Assembly (NCBI GenBank): GCA_013239625.1
Contig: MU053504.1
Coordinates: 1,490,001 to 1,554,000, forward strand
Source of the DNA: Lama guanicoe
Taxonomy: Eukaryota
Length of the DNA stretch: 64,000 nt
Direction of reading: 5' to 3'
Shown here piece after piece: positions 44,573 to 57,339 of the stretch. Numbering within the stretch: position 1 is the stretch's first letter; every line of letters begins with the position of its first letter. The notes beneath the pieces were generated by a model that saw only the letters and a list, made by a program, of their open reading frames with translations, made no database searches and was not told where the DNA came from. Made by a program: the position numbers and the translations under genes.

Positions 44573-46880
44573 CAGCAGTCATCAGACAAGGGCCAAAGAG
44601 TAAATATTTTAGACTTTGCAGTCCAAAAAGCAAAATTGGGATTCTTATGTAGGTACTTTATAACAAGAGAAAACACATTTCCACGAATTTCTTATTGATG
44701 AAATTCAAATATAATAATAGTAATAATAATAATTGTTACTCAGTACAACTTTTTGTAATATAGGTATACTAATGAGAAAAATGGACTCCTGTCTTAGGTG
44801 ATACATTTTGCTTAACTGAGGTTCAGAGTTAGTGTTTCCTGTCATCAAAATTGATTGCAAATGCTTATCTGTTAATGCTGATCTGTAATGAGATTTTACA
44901 TATTTCATCTTTGAAAATATCTTCACACAGATGCACAGCTAAATACTGATATCAGCCCCCAAGCATATGATTTTAATTGTGCATAGTAATCACTTGGGAA
45001 GCATTTATAGAATTATATTAGATTTTTCTTTTAGTATTTGCCTTTTAGCATATCATTACATTGCAGATTAATTATTTCCAATTGAAGGTTAGGTGGAAGT
45101 GCCATAATTGCACTGTTAAATAGATTTTGAAATACAGAAATTTTCTTTGCATTTGCACTGAAGTCCTAAAAATGCTTCCAAAATTGTAGTTTGAGCTAAA
45201 AATATATATCCACTGCAAATTTGTTTGAAAATGGAGATCTCACTTCTTGTTTTAACTTTTGACAGCACAGGAAGTGTATAAAGCAGCTTAACATTACTTA
45301 TGATTCAAATATTTTTGTCTAAATGACTTAACTGCAATTTAAGTTTCACATGTAAGTCCTGTTCTGTCCTATGATGTTAGGTTGAATTTATTAAATGTTA
45401 TATAATCTGCAGCAAAAGCTAAGTTTCAAAGCTATTCATTTGTAATAATAGTGACTGAGAAAGGTCTTATTGTTCTGAAATTTCAATCTCAGCCCCAAGC
45501 TTTAAAAAAAATTCACAGTGAAACTTTACTACTGCTAAGCCATCAAACTGCCGTGTAGGCAGGCAGGACACGTTATTCTGCTTCTATTTGTGACAATGTC
45601 CATGACAGTGAATGAAGTTTACCATTGACACTCTTGGTTCAGTAACATGATAGATTCACATATATTCCAGAGTACCTGCTGATAAAAAATATAATAACAA
45701 TTATCTTACATCTTCACAAGTTTTGTAAATTACCCAACTAAGCCTTTTCCTACTCCACACATATTTTTACAAACATCATCAGTTATAACTCATCTTAGCT
45801 AATTCTACTTCAGGTTATTCTGAAGTAGTATTTTCTCAACTTTTGGCCACATAGACTATTCGTAGAAGCTGATTCTTCACAAACTATTAATTTGGCTTTG
45901 ACTCCTTAAGTAAATAACATCAGCTAAGCAATATTAGTAACATCTAACTCATTAAGCAACAGGGACTCTACTTGAAATCATTTGCCTTTTTTTTTTTAAT
46001 AGATTATTAATTTTACTCCCATTGTCCTCAGCTTTTGGAGCAACTGGTTTTGCTGTAAGTTTATTTTCTCTGAATACATTTCTTGAGCTCCTGCAGTCAA
46101 GCATGATTTAATTAACTCACAGTCAGCAAATTACTTTCCTTTCTTGGCTAAAAAATGACCCTCTTGGAAACTTAACTTTGGTTACAGCCTCCTTTTTTTT
46201 CCTTCTCTCCCTCCCTTTCTCCCTTCCCCCTTTCCTTCCTTCCTTCCAGAAATTCTGCTGTGATGAGATATTCTGCTTTAAAATTTCCACTTTTCCTTAC
46301 CATTGCTTTCCTGTGAATTGGAAATATTGAGATGACTAGTTAGTCTGGTAATGTTGTTGTATAGAGAGTTCTTCTAGCACAGCCATAGTGTCATTGCATA
46401 GTAAACACAATGCTTTCCCATCCGACTTGATAACAAAATAATCCACACTCTCCACCGTGCTTTAAAAGTATGACAAAGTCCACTTTTCTCTTCTTGTTTT
46501 GACTTGATGACTGTGCACTGGTAATAAAAAAAAAAAACGCTACCACAGTATGTTAATATGTGAATGTGGCACTTGAAACACTTTGACTTGTAACCTTGTC
46601 ACTGTGATTTGTAGTGCACTGAGGAGCAGTGCAGAGCTCTGTGAGCACCACATATCCAGGAGCCTCTCAATTCTGCCATTGTAATGTTGAAGCCAGCCGC
46701 ACGTAGCCAACTTATAAATGAGTGGGTGCAGCTGTGTTTGATACTATTTGTAGACACTGGAGTTTGAATTTCATGTAGTTTTCACATCATGCAATATCAT
46801 TCTTTTGATTTTTTTCAGCCATTAAAAAATACAAAAATTTTTCTTAGTTTGCAGGTCTTACTGAAATCAGGTGGTATGCT
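44573..46880 (-). mobile_element. Near-full-length hAT transposon (Cheshire-like), decayed transposase
   Basis: Minus-strand translation KRKVDF..FKARW / DYFVIKSDGKALCLLCNDTMAVLEELSIQQHYQT (BED-type zinc finger, ~46340-46495); ORF 44705..44926 IFSKMKYVKSHYRSALTDKHLQSIL (hAT dimerisation domain); MER58-like ends. Confidence 0.8.
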
Positions 46881-48749
46881 CACCTGTATTTAGTGTAAAG
46901 CATTACAAAGCCAAATTCAAGAAGGGAAAGATTGCATAACTCAACTGCATAAAAAGATAATACAAACAAAACTAAAAGATAAACTGCAAATGGGGGGAAA
47001 TATTTGCAATCATATGTCAGGGAAAGGTTAAAATCGCCCTAGTATGAAAGAATACCTGCAGATAAGAAACAGACCAATACCCTATTAGAAAAATGGGCAA
47101 GGACAGTTCACCAAATAGATACAAATGTCAGTAACTATATGAACTATTGATCCAACACTTAACCAGGAAACACAAGTGAAAACATGGGAGGCTTTCACTT
47201 TGTACTTCATGAACTTGAGTATTGCTTGAGATTTTTACAGCAAGAAGATACTGTATTTATCAATGTTTATAAAGAAACCAGAAAAAAGTTTTCTTGTAAT
47301 TTTTGAATTGCTGCTTGGTTTTCTGTATTCTTCAGTGGAGATAGAAGAGGAAGAGTCCTATGCCTTTCCTGCCTCTGCTACACTGTACATGTTGCTTTGG
47401 TTCAGAAGCCAGAGCATGTGGAATTGAGGCCCCAGAACATTCCCTCATTCTGGTCTTGTGTATTGTCTTGCGTGTTTTATTGGGACATGTTGGGTGCTGC
47501 TTGCATTGATGGCTTGTTGACTTCGAAGTCTAGAGTTTGATTTTTCCAGTGAAGCTGGAACTTCGGTGAATACATTAAGCATTATATAAATAATTTTGAT
47601 TTCAAGAGTTTTGAGTTCCTTTAAAATTTTATTTTTATTGTTTTAAATAGTTATTAATAGAAGCAAGGGGTTGGAGAGAATTTTCCTAGTCAAGCCTTGT
47701 TTAAAATAATTCTGCTTGTAATAGGATTCTGTCTTTTCCTAGATTTGTTAAATGTTTCTAAAGATGTTTGGCATAGGTGTTAAATTCGTGGGCCTGTTAC
47801 ATACAAGCCAGTTTTTTGGGGGGAGGGTAGGGATTGGGTTTTTGTTTTTTTCTTTTTTCTAGTTCTGAATTGTCAGTCATAAACAATAACAGAACCTGGT
47901 AGATGAATGACTGCTACTGCATTTGCTCAAGGCAGTAGGTTATCAAGGTGAATCACAAGCAATGAGAATTTTACTTTGCATTTTTTTTCGAATCTGGGGT
48001 TTTGAAATTTGATGTGTAGGAAGCGTGCTGTGTTATTCTTTTCCTGTTTTCTATGTAGATGATTTCATTATATTAGACTTTGACTTTTAGATCTTGGTTT
48101 AAAATGCTGTTGACTTACACACAAGTGGTAAGTATACTTCATGGGGAAAAGGAGTAATATGCTTATCTTGAAATAAGCTGATTTGATCAGGAGGAACCTT
48201 ATCCTGGGCATGGCAGGAAATAAACTCCTGACACCAATTTATATAAAGTATAGCAGCTGTGATAGGGGAAGATGAGTAGCAGAGGGAGTAAGTAAAAAGT
48301 ATAAATTATAAGAAGACTGGGAGAAAGTGACTTTGTGATCTAACTGTGAGAGACAGAGCGGGGAATATTGGGTAGATATGTACATGTCCCTAGCTATTTG
48401 AGGAAGGCATACTTCAAAAAAGTAGAGAAGATATGGGTATAAATCAATAGGAATGATATACCAAAAGGAAAATCAGTTTAAAGAAAAACAAAAACTGGCC
48501 TCAAACTAAAGATAAATGACTTCTTTCTAATAATAGATATTCAGACTTGAATAAGAAATTAGAAGATAGGAGTTCTGAAAAATATACAGAACTATTAGTC
48601 TATTAGCAAGTATAGAAAAAGTAAAGTAACTTGTTTTAAAATGTATTATTAAACTAATTCTTAATGAAAAAGTTCTGTAATCTTTCTTTTAATCTAAACT
48701 CTTTTAATCTAGTCTGACAAGTGTGGGCACACTTGTGAATTTGATGGGA

Positions 48750-49240
48750 CTTTTTTTTTTACTCCAGTGCTTATTTTACATCACATTGCAAAAGGGATAT
48801 TAAAGATGTGACTAAGTTACTAATAAATTGACTTTGTACCAGTTAAAAGGGAGATTATGTAGATAGGCCTAACCTGATCACATGACCCCTTAAAATCTGG
48901 CTCCAGAAGTCACAGCAAGGAAGAGTCAGAGGATTTAAAACATGAAAAAGATTCAGCAAGAGGGAGATTTTTCCACTGCTGGATTTGAAGATGGAGGAGT
49001 CTGTATGGCAAGGATTACAGATGGCCTTTAACAGCTGAGGATGGCCTTTGGATGAGCAGAAGAAACAGGGGCCATAGTCCTATAACTACAAGGGACTGCA
49101 TTCTGCCACAGCCATGTGAACTTGGAAGAGGATCTTGAGCTCCAGGTGAGAACACAGCATGGCATAAATCTTTATCCTTGTGAGATCATGAACAGAAAAA
49201 CCAGCCATGGTGTGCCTGGACTTCTGACCTCTAACTGGCA
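48750..49240. mobile_element. MaLR MLT1-like LTR
   Basis: aaagggatattaaagatgtgactaag...gggagattat...gctggatttgaagatggagg...cctggacttctgacct. Confidence 0.7.
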
Positions 49241-50964
49241 GTTTATTGTGCCTCTGGCAGTTTTCTCTGCTTTCTTCAGAACTTAGCTAAGCTTTTCAAA
49301 GGATGTAAGCATTTATCCAATGTTTTTAGATTTTTGTAGTTGGAAGGTTTTAGCAGATTTTCTAGACTGCTGTATTAGAAGATAAAAAAGATAAGTCTGT
49401 GTGCTTTAAAAATTGAGTTTTAATATTCAGAAATATTGGGTGTCAGCCAGAGTATGAAATTACCTTTTACATATTCATTTATTTCCAATTTTAAATGGTA
49501 GCTTCCTCTTTGAAAAAAGAGATTAAGAGCCTGATTTTCCTGTCTGTTTCCTGAGGAAGCAAAAAGGCAGAAACTTGGTGAATAGCAAGACCAGTGGTTG
49601 CTATAGTAATCATGGGACTTCCTGGCAATGGCTATGTTAACAGTGGGAAATGGAACCATGGCAGTGTTCTCTAATTTGCTACAAGATTTTGCTTCTCATC
49701 TTTAGAGTAAGAAGTCCTGCTCTATCATGGAATTGGCTCTTCCAGTTTATTTTATTTGTTGTTAGACAGTGATTAGAAAGCCTCACTGGCTGTGTACATT
49801 GCGCTATACTTAGCAGTTTTGTAATTATATGACAGTTATGATGCATTTCAAACAGGGGCTTTGAGACTTTCCATCTAGGTCCTTCTGGAGTAAGCCCTTT
49901 TCCTCCAGTGGCTATTGACATACCTTGGTTATATAGACCCTATTCAACTAGTGGGTGAGAACATAAATTTTGGAATCAGATATACCTGGGTTTGAGTCTC
50001 AATCTTGTCACCTACAGATGTTTGGTAGGTTATTTAATTGTTCTGTCCCTCAGTTTCTTCATCTGCAAAATGAAGCATCTATTTTCTGTGCTTGTTTTGA
50101 AGATATGTTAAGTAATGTACACTGTACACTTTGACACAGTGCCTGCCACATACTAAGCATTAATAAATGGTTATTTATTCTGATCCTGGTTAAGCTGCTG
50201 CTTTTAGATGTGTCTGGTAATTTCTTTTAAAAAATGTTTTTTAGCATGCCTGGTTTATCCTTCTTTATTTGATAACTTTCAAGATTTGATTATAGTTGAA
50301 GGTGCCACTTAGAAAGGACCCAGCCCAAGTGGTAGTCAGCCACTGTAGCGGCATCTTCAAGGTTCGATCAAATTGGTTGTTTCAAAGACCCACACAGCAT
50401 TTCATGGCCTTGAAAAGCAGAAAAAGCACCAGAAAACAGGAATTAAGCAGTTACTGGAGCATTGACCAGTAAGGATCACTATTATTTATTCTTAATAATG
50501 AATATGCTACATGTTTGCCTGAGCCTTTATTCAGTGCGTTTTAAAATTTGCTGTGTTTTCCTTTTCCCTTTAAACCTTACTGTTAAGTTCAAGAATAAGC
50601 TGAACTAAAAAGAAACTGTCTTAGGATAAAGAAAGATTCAAGATAGTACAATACACCATTTACTCTCATGGTGGTGGAATTTTCTCTGTGTCTTGAACTA
50701 GGGGAAAGACTTAAAGGAAAAAAGAGCTCTTTTATAGCTTGCTTGCAGGATTCTAGGAGGGACTCTGCTCAGCCCTGTGGATATTGTTAAGACGTGTTTC
50801 TTACCTTCAAGGATCTTACTGTCAGTTGAGGGAGGCCATATATAGTTACAATAGTTTGTGACAAGTACTTTACTGGAGGTAATGATTGACTCTTGTGACT
50901 AAGGGAGAGGAAGGAATTGGGACGACTAGGGTCCCTGGCTTGGGTGAGGGGGAAGACCGGAGTT

Positions 50965-51271
50965 GGCAGACTGACCTACTGACAGGTTTCGCACAGTCCA
51001 CAAACTAAGAATTGTTTTTTTCATCTTTAAATGGTTGAAAGAAAGTCAAATCAAAAGAAGAATGATATTTTATCATATGTGGAAATTATATAAAATTCAA
51101 CTTTGTGTTCATAAATAAAGTTTTATTGGACTACAGCTTTAAACTTTACCTGTTGTCTGTTGTGGCTCTTGTGCTACAACAGCAGAGCTGAGTAATTGTG
51201 ACAGAGGCGTGAGGACCTGCAAAGCCAAATGTTCACTAGCTGGTTCTTTACAGAGAGTTTGCTGATTCCTA
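50965..51271. mobile_element. MER58-like hAT MITE
   Basis: aactaagaattgtttt...aatcaaaagaagaatgatattt...ataaataaagttttattgga...gcagagctgagtaattgtgacagag...tttacagagagtttgctga. Confidence 0.75.
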
Positions 51272-52769
51272 GGGTAGATAGTGATTTTTATGCACTGAGT
51301 TAAGCAATTAAGGAGGAACAGATAAAAGAAAAGATGACATATTTCTATGAGGGTTGGTTATTTGAATCAGAGTTACTTGTGAGCTACACAGGCCTAGAAG
51401 TAAAGGGCATATGTAGATCTGGGGCTCTGGAAACAATTTGAGGCTGGAGATAGAGGAAGAAAAGGTGAGATCCAGAAAGCCTGATAGAGGAGTGATTCTC
51501 AGTCCTGGCTGCACATTGGAATCACCTTAGGTACTTAATTTAAAACAACCCAAAAAACCCAAACACACATTGCCAGGGACACTTTCCACCCACACCCTCT
51601 GAAATTATGATGTTCTTGAGCTGGGGCAGTGGCAGGGGAGGAGGGCTAAGGAGCTTCCCAGCCTTTTCTAAAGTGGAGCCAGCTTTGGGAACTGCTGGTG
51701 TTGGTGAGGATGGAACCAACATTTGAGGGGCAGTTCTAGATCGACTGAGAGGAAACGCTGATCAAGCGATGATGGGAGTTGCATCAGTGATCAGATTCGC
51801 AGTTTGGTGTAATCAGTAAGGACTGAAGTCTCCTTTGGAGATCACCATCGACTCTGTCAAGAGCAGTTCCTGTGGAGACCGAGTGAGCGTGTGTATCAGA
51901 GGGTTTGTGGTTGGGGAGGAGAGACACTAAGTGTACATTGAGAAGATGGGCAAGGAAGGAAAGGGGAGAAAGTGATAGCTGGAATGGGGAGACATTGGAG
52001 ATTAAGAGGGATTCTTTAAGATGATAAAGGCTTGTGTCTATTCATGTGCTGAGGGGGTTGGCACTCAGAAAGGAAACTGCCTGGAATGGCGGTATCAGAT
52101 GCCACCATTCAGTTTTCATAGAAAGAGCTAGATTTTGAATAGTTCTTGGAATAACCTTGTTATTTTATCTGTTTTGGAAACATATGTTTAATGTGCTTCC
52201 TGCATTTGGACACTGCTAGTATAGCTGGAAAGAGAAGTGGACATAGGCACTGAGACACAAGGCCAGGAACTGTTCTTTGCCCATCCTGTCTAGGGCACTG
52301 ATCTCATCTGTGAGAAAAGGATGGTGAACTGAACGGGCTCCATTGTCTCTTCTAAAGGTCTTTAAACGAGTACAAATTTTAATTAAACAGTAAGGAAGAC
52401 TGTGAAATGTCTGTAAAATCATATGAAATGTCTGTGAAGCCCACTGTCTGACCTTTTAGTTCCTTAGTACCTGGGCATATGTTTTTATGAAGAACCCCAG
52501 CAGTTTGTTTATGACTCACTCCTCCATAAATTTGGGTACATTGTGTACAAAATATACCAACTTATCTTACCATTAGAGTATTTCCTCAGAAGCAGAATTT
52601 AGTATAGTTTTCTTTTAATTTTTTTTTATTATGTACAAGTCATAGAAGGAATACTTAGATAGTGCAGAAGTCCCACCATTAACATTTTGATTTATTCATT
52701 GGGAGTCTTATTTTTTTCCCAGTTTTTTTTTCCCTCCATCGATGTAAATAGTACACTTAATACATGTGC

Positions 52770-53160
52770 TAGTTGGGTTCTCCAGGAATCAGATTGAGAC
52801 AGAGTAGGAGGGCAGAGGGCTTACTGGGGAGTAATGCCTATGAAGAAAAAGAGAAAGAAGTAGGCTGGACATGAGAAGCCACCAGACTGCAGCGCACACC
52901 TGACAGTCTCTGCCGGCCCAGACTGCCTCACAGAGGAGCATCTTACTGGTTGGAAAGGGCTAGACCATTGTTCCGCCACATTGCCCAGTCTTGGCAGGGG
53001 AGGGGGCAGTCCCAAGGAAAGGATGCCCTCTGTTTGAAAGCTGAGGTGGATTGTAAAGGGGTTAACAGCAGGAAGCTGTCAGCTAACCACATTCATCACA
53101 AGTAGGCAGTAAGTCCCTTGTTGAAGAGGGATCTGAGCAGTACATCTTTGTGTCTGCCAG
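52770..53160. mobile_element. MaLR/ERVL LTR remnant
   Basis: gttgggttctccaggaatcagattgagacagag...tactgggggagtaatgcctatg, typical of MLT1F/G-type LTRs. Confidence 0.5.
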
Positions 53161-53176
53161 GACATAAAATGTTCCA

Positions 53177-53970
53177 TCCGGCTCACATCTATTAGGATGG
53201 CTACTATCAAACAAACAACAAACCAGAAAACAAATGTTGATGAAGATGTGGGGAAATTAAAACCCTGTGCACTGTGGATGGGAATGTAAAGTGGTACAGC
53301 AGCTGTGGAAAACAGTGTGCAGGTTTTTCAAAAAATTAAGCATAGAATTACCATATGATCCAGCAGTTCTGTTTCTGGTATATGCCCAAAAGAATTAAAA
53401 GCAAGACCTTGAAGAGATATTTGTACACCAGTGCTCATAGCAGCATTATTCACGATACCTAAAACGTGGAAACAACCCAAGTGTCCATTGACAGATGATA
53501 AATAAGCAAAAGTGCAATAAACCAGTAACAAATACTGTATGAGTCCATTTATATGAGGTACTTAGAGTAGTCAAAACCATGGAGACAGAGGGAATAGTGG
53601 TTGCCAGGGGCTTTGAGGGAGGGGAGTATGGGGAATTATTGTTTAATGGGTATAGAGTTTCAGTTTTACAAGATGAAAAGAATTTTGGAGATAGATGGTA
53701 ATGTTGGCTGCATAACAATGCGAATGTAACTAATACTACTGAACTGTGCATTTGAAAATAGTTAAGGTGTTGGAAGGAGGGTATAGCTCAGTGGTAGGGT
53801 GTGTGATTAGCATGCATGAGGTCCTGGGTTCAGTCCCTGGTCCCATTAAAAATAAATAAATAAACCTAATTCCCCTCACAGGGAAAAAAAAAAAACTCAA
53901 CCAAACAGAAATGGTTTAAGGTGGTAACTTTTATGTTATGCATATTTTAACACAATTTTTAAAAAGTGAA
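53177..53970 (+). mobile_element. L1M (L1MB-like) 3' fragment with an internal deletion and a nested SINE
   Basis: attaggatggctactatc...catagaattaccatatgatccagca...aatgggtatagagtttcagtttt. Confidence 0.85.
53770..53907 (+). mobile_element. tRNA-derived SINE (Vic-1-like)
   Basis: ggagggtatagctcagtggtagggtgtgtgattagcatgcatgaggtcctgggttcagtccc; imperfect TSD aaatagttaaggtg / aaatggtttaaggtg. Confidence 0.88.
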
Positions 53971-53983
53971 AAATGCTTCCCAC

Positions 53984-54439
53984 AAAAAATTAATCAGTCA
54001 ATCTGAGAAAGAGATGGGAAATTTTGTTTGTGCCAAATTTGAAGATTACAACCTGGGAAGAGCATCTCAGAAAGCTCTGATAACTGTTTCGCTGGTTAGA
54101 AATCAAAGCATAGTTTTATCAGTTTTTTGAGATAGAGTACTCTGCATTAAATGATGTATTTTTGACAGTTTACATAATCCAGATCTAAGTGGATCATCCT
54201 GGTTGGTCATGTGACCCCTACAAGCTCAAGAAAGAATGTTATCTTTTAAGGAGTCTTGGTGCTAGAAGAATGTTGCTCTTGATGGTTGAGCAGGTATTCC
54301 TGCCGATGGGCGAGGTTTGGTTGATGCATAATGCAGATACACAGTGCACAGTGGGGTGAGAGAAGGTCAAAGGGCAGAGAAGACTTTTTTATGTTTAAAT
54401 TTTTCTTATCTTACCGTAAAATAAGAATTTTATTTCACA
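53984..54439 (-). mobile_element. ERV solo-LTR-like element
   Basis: Ends ...tttatttcaca (TG start on - strand); LTR-like text gaagattacaacctgggaagagcatctcagaaagctctga; possible ccac TSD. Confidence 0.55.
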
Positions 54440-54787
54440 CCACTTTTCCTTTATTTCCTTTATTTAACATAAGTGGGTTATTTTGTGATCTTCATAAACT
54501 TTTTAAGATGGATACATAATATTCTAACAAGTGCTTACTTAGTTTATATATCCATTCCCTAGGTTTCTGAATTTTCTATATTAATGAAAGTACAGCAATG
54601 AATATCTTTCTATGAAGTTATTTACTGTATTTAGGATTGTTTTCTTTGAATAGACATGCAGAAGTTAAGTAGATTGAAGAGTATAAACATTCTTAAGGCT
54701 CTTCATGTTGAAAGCTCTTTCACAGTGTCAGTGCAAGGTATAAGCAGCCTGTACTGTCTGATCCTCAACAGCTTTGGAACTTGTTTC

Positions 54788-55024
54788 TTTTTTTTTTTAA
54801 ATTGATGTATACTCAGTTACAATATGTTGATTTTTGGTGTATAGCATAATGTCCCAGTCATGCATATATATACATATATTCGTTTTGATTAAAGGTTATT
54901 ACAAGATATTGAATATAGTTCCCTGTGCTATAGAGAAGAAATTTGTTTAGCTATTTTTATATATAGTGGTTAACATTTGCAAATCTCAAACTCCCAAATT
55001 TATCCCTTCCCACCCCCTTTCTCT
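54788..55024 (-). mobile_element. Short L1 3'-UTR insertion
   Basis: Homologous to 28500-28716 and 40281-40534; T-tail; imperfect TSD ggaacttgttt / ggatcttgttt. Confidence 0.82.
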
Positions 55025-55964
55025 GGATCTTGTTTTCTTAATCTTGGCTAATTTGTAGCTGAAAAATGGTCTCTCTTTGTTTCTGACCTACAGTACTGTA
55101 TGGTCTGTGAAGGACTGTGAATTGAGGGATTTGGTTAACTCAGTACTCTGTCCAAAGGTCCAAAGGGGAAGAGAAGATAATAATAAGAATGAGGACTCCA
55201 GAATCAGATTGACCAGGTTCAAATCCTGGCCCTGCTGCTTACCACCTTGTGGCCTTAGGCAAATCTCTGTGCATTAGTTTATTCATCTGAATAATAAGGA
55301 TAATGGTTGCATCTGCCTTATAGGGCTATTTTGAGGGTTAAATGAGGTAGAACACATGAAAACAGTGATGTCTGGGCCATTGCATATGCTTAAATGTTAG
55401 GTATTATTTCAATATAAATTTGATTATTTTAATATCTTAAGATTTAGAATAGGAGAGAACATTAAATTCAGACTCTAGTCTTTTTCCAAGAGAGAAAACT
55501 GAGGCTTAAAGAGGTTAATAAATTTGACCTGGGTCACATAAGCTTATAGATTGCAGAGCTTGGACCCGAAGGTGGGTCTTTGACCAATGCAGGGATTTTC
55601 AGCCTTTGGGGATAATTCTTTGTTATGGAATGGCTGTCCTGTGATTTGTTAGATAATCAGAACTGTCTTCAGACATTGCCAGATGTCCCCTGAGGGGACC
55701 TAATGGTTCATAAGCCACCCTACAGTAGAACAGTCCAGGTTTTGGGATTAGGGAGGAAGGACGTGAATGCAGTTCTTGTGAGGTCTTCAGTGATGTGAAT
55801 AGTTAATTCACTATTTAAGATGGAGCTTTGTCCTGTGGCTCCTGGAATGTTCATCATATTCTATGAGACATCTTGTTAGCGTGTGCTCCTCTCCCCAGAG
55901 CAACCGGTGGTATTCAAATAGGGCTGTTTTATCTTTCTAAATTTTTTTTTCCCTTTAGTTGCAG

Positions 55965-56038
55965 GTGGCACGACTGAAAAAAAGGTATTTATGGAATTCC
56001 AATGAGTGGTGATGGATGATGCAGTTCAAATAACTAAG
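55965..56038 (+). other. PTPRA: PTPRA 5'-leader exon 2 (74 nt)
   Basis: Long polypyrimidine tract + tttag/ttgcag acceptor, AAG|GTAAGA donor; ggtatttatggaattcca..gagtggt..tggatgatgcagttcaaataactaag matches my recollection of the mammalian PTPRA mRNA leader. Confidence 0.75.
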
Positions 56039-57051
56039 GTAAGAGATATAAAACCAGAGCTGCAAGGAGATTTTGTCACCCAAGTTAGTGTCCTCATAAA
56101 ATATAGCTGAAAGCAGATTCTCTCCCACTCCATTTATTTCCAAGCTATAAGAGTATAAATAATATTTTTGTAATTAAAAATGTTATAATTATTCATCCTT
56201 TAAGACAATGATTCTCAACCTGGTCATGAATCAGAATCACTTAAAGACCTTTAAGAAGTGAAAGACCAAAATCTGTGCCCTGCTGTCCTGCCCTTGTTGA
56301 GTTAGTTTCTGTGAGTAGAGCACAGGTGAGTCTGATATGGATCCTTGTTGAAGAACTAATGCACTGAGTCAAAGAATACAATACTCGGTCTATGTAGCAT
56401 TAAATAACAACTTGTGTTATAAAGGAAAAACAGGTCTTCGTTATTCAGCTTTCCCATTGCTCTAAGTTTTGAGTGGCAGTGTAAACGAGGACTACAGCTT
56501 TGGAAAACTGTTGGGTAATTTCTTCAACGGTAAACAAACATACATGTATCCAGTAACCCAGAAATTCCACTCCAAGGTATTGAGAAGTGAAAGCATGTCT
56601 ACATAAAACTTGCCTGTGAATATTCACTTGTACCTTTACTAATTATGGCAAAAAAAAGGGTGGGTGGGGAGTAATCAAATGTCTAAAAACAGGTGAAAAG
56701 ATAAATTATGATATAATCATGCAATGGGATTTCTACTCAGCATTAAAAAGGAATGAACAACTGCACAACAACATGGATGAATCCTGCAGATTTGAGTGAA
56801 GGAAGCCAGACCCAAAAAAGTAGTTTTGTGTTTAGTTGCCAGAAGATATGACGATAGAAGTCAGTCTAGTGGTTCCTCTGGCAGGAGGTGGGAAAAGGTA
56901 TGAGAGAGCAGCATCAAAAAGGTTTTACATGTTAATGTATTCATATACATATTTTTTCTTTATTTCTTGCGGCAAAATACACAAAACAAAAAGATCACCA
57001 TTTTAATCAGTTTTAAGTGTACAATTCATTGACATTAAGTAAGTATATTTA

Positions 57052-57188
57052 GAGGGAGGGTATAGCTCAGTGGTAGAGTCTGCGCCTAACATGCACAAGG
57101 TCCTGGGTTCAATTCCCTGTACTGACATTAAAAATAAATAAACCTAATTACCTCCTCCCACAAGAATGAATGAATGAATGAATGAATG
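57052..57188 (+). mobile_element. tRNA-derived SINE (Vic-1-like) with (GAAT)n tail, nested in an antisense L1M end
   Basis: gggagggtatagctcagtggtagagtctgcgcctaacatgcacaaggtcctgggttcaattccc; TSD aagtatattta (57041-57051) / aagtacattta (57189-57199). Confidence 0.9.
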
Positions 57189-57339
57189 AAGTACATTTAC
57201 ATTGTTGTGTAGCCATCACCACCAACTATCTCTCAACTGAAATTCTGTTCCCATTAGACACTAACTCCCCATTTCTGCCTCCCCTGAGTTCCAAGGACTA
57301 AACTAAAAATTTGTAAGTTTTAAAATGGGGCATGAGAGG

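Noticed and set aside
44705..44926. Domesticated transposase gene (GTF2IRD2/ZBED-like)
   Set aside because: The surrounding transposase frame has stops and frameshifts; fossil only
57055..57120. tRNA gene (also at the other four SINE heads)
   Set aside because: A/B boxes are present, but each is followed by the SINE spacer and A-rich tail, the copies are diverged, and TSDs are visible for some
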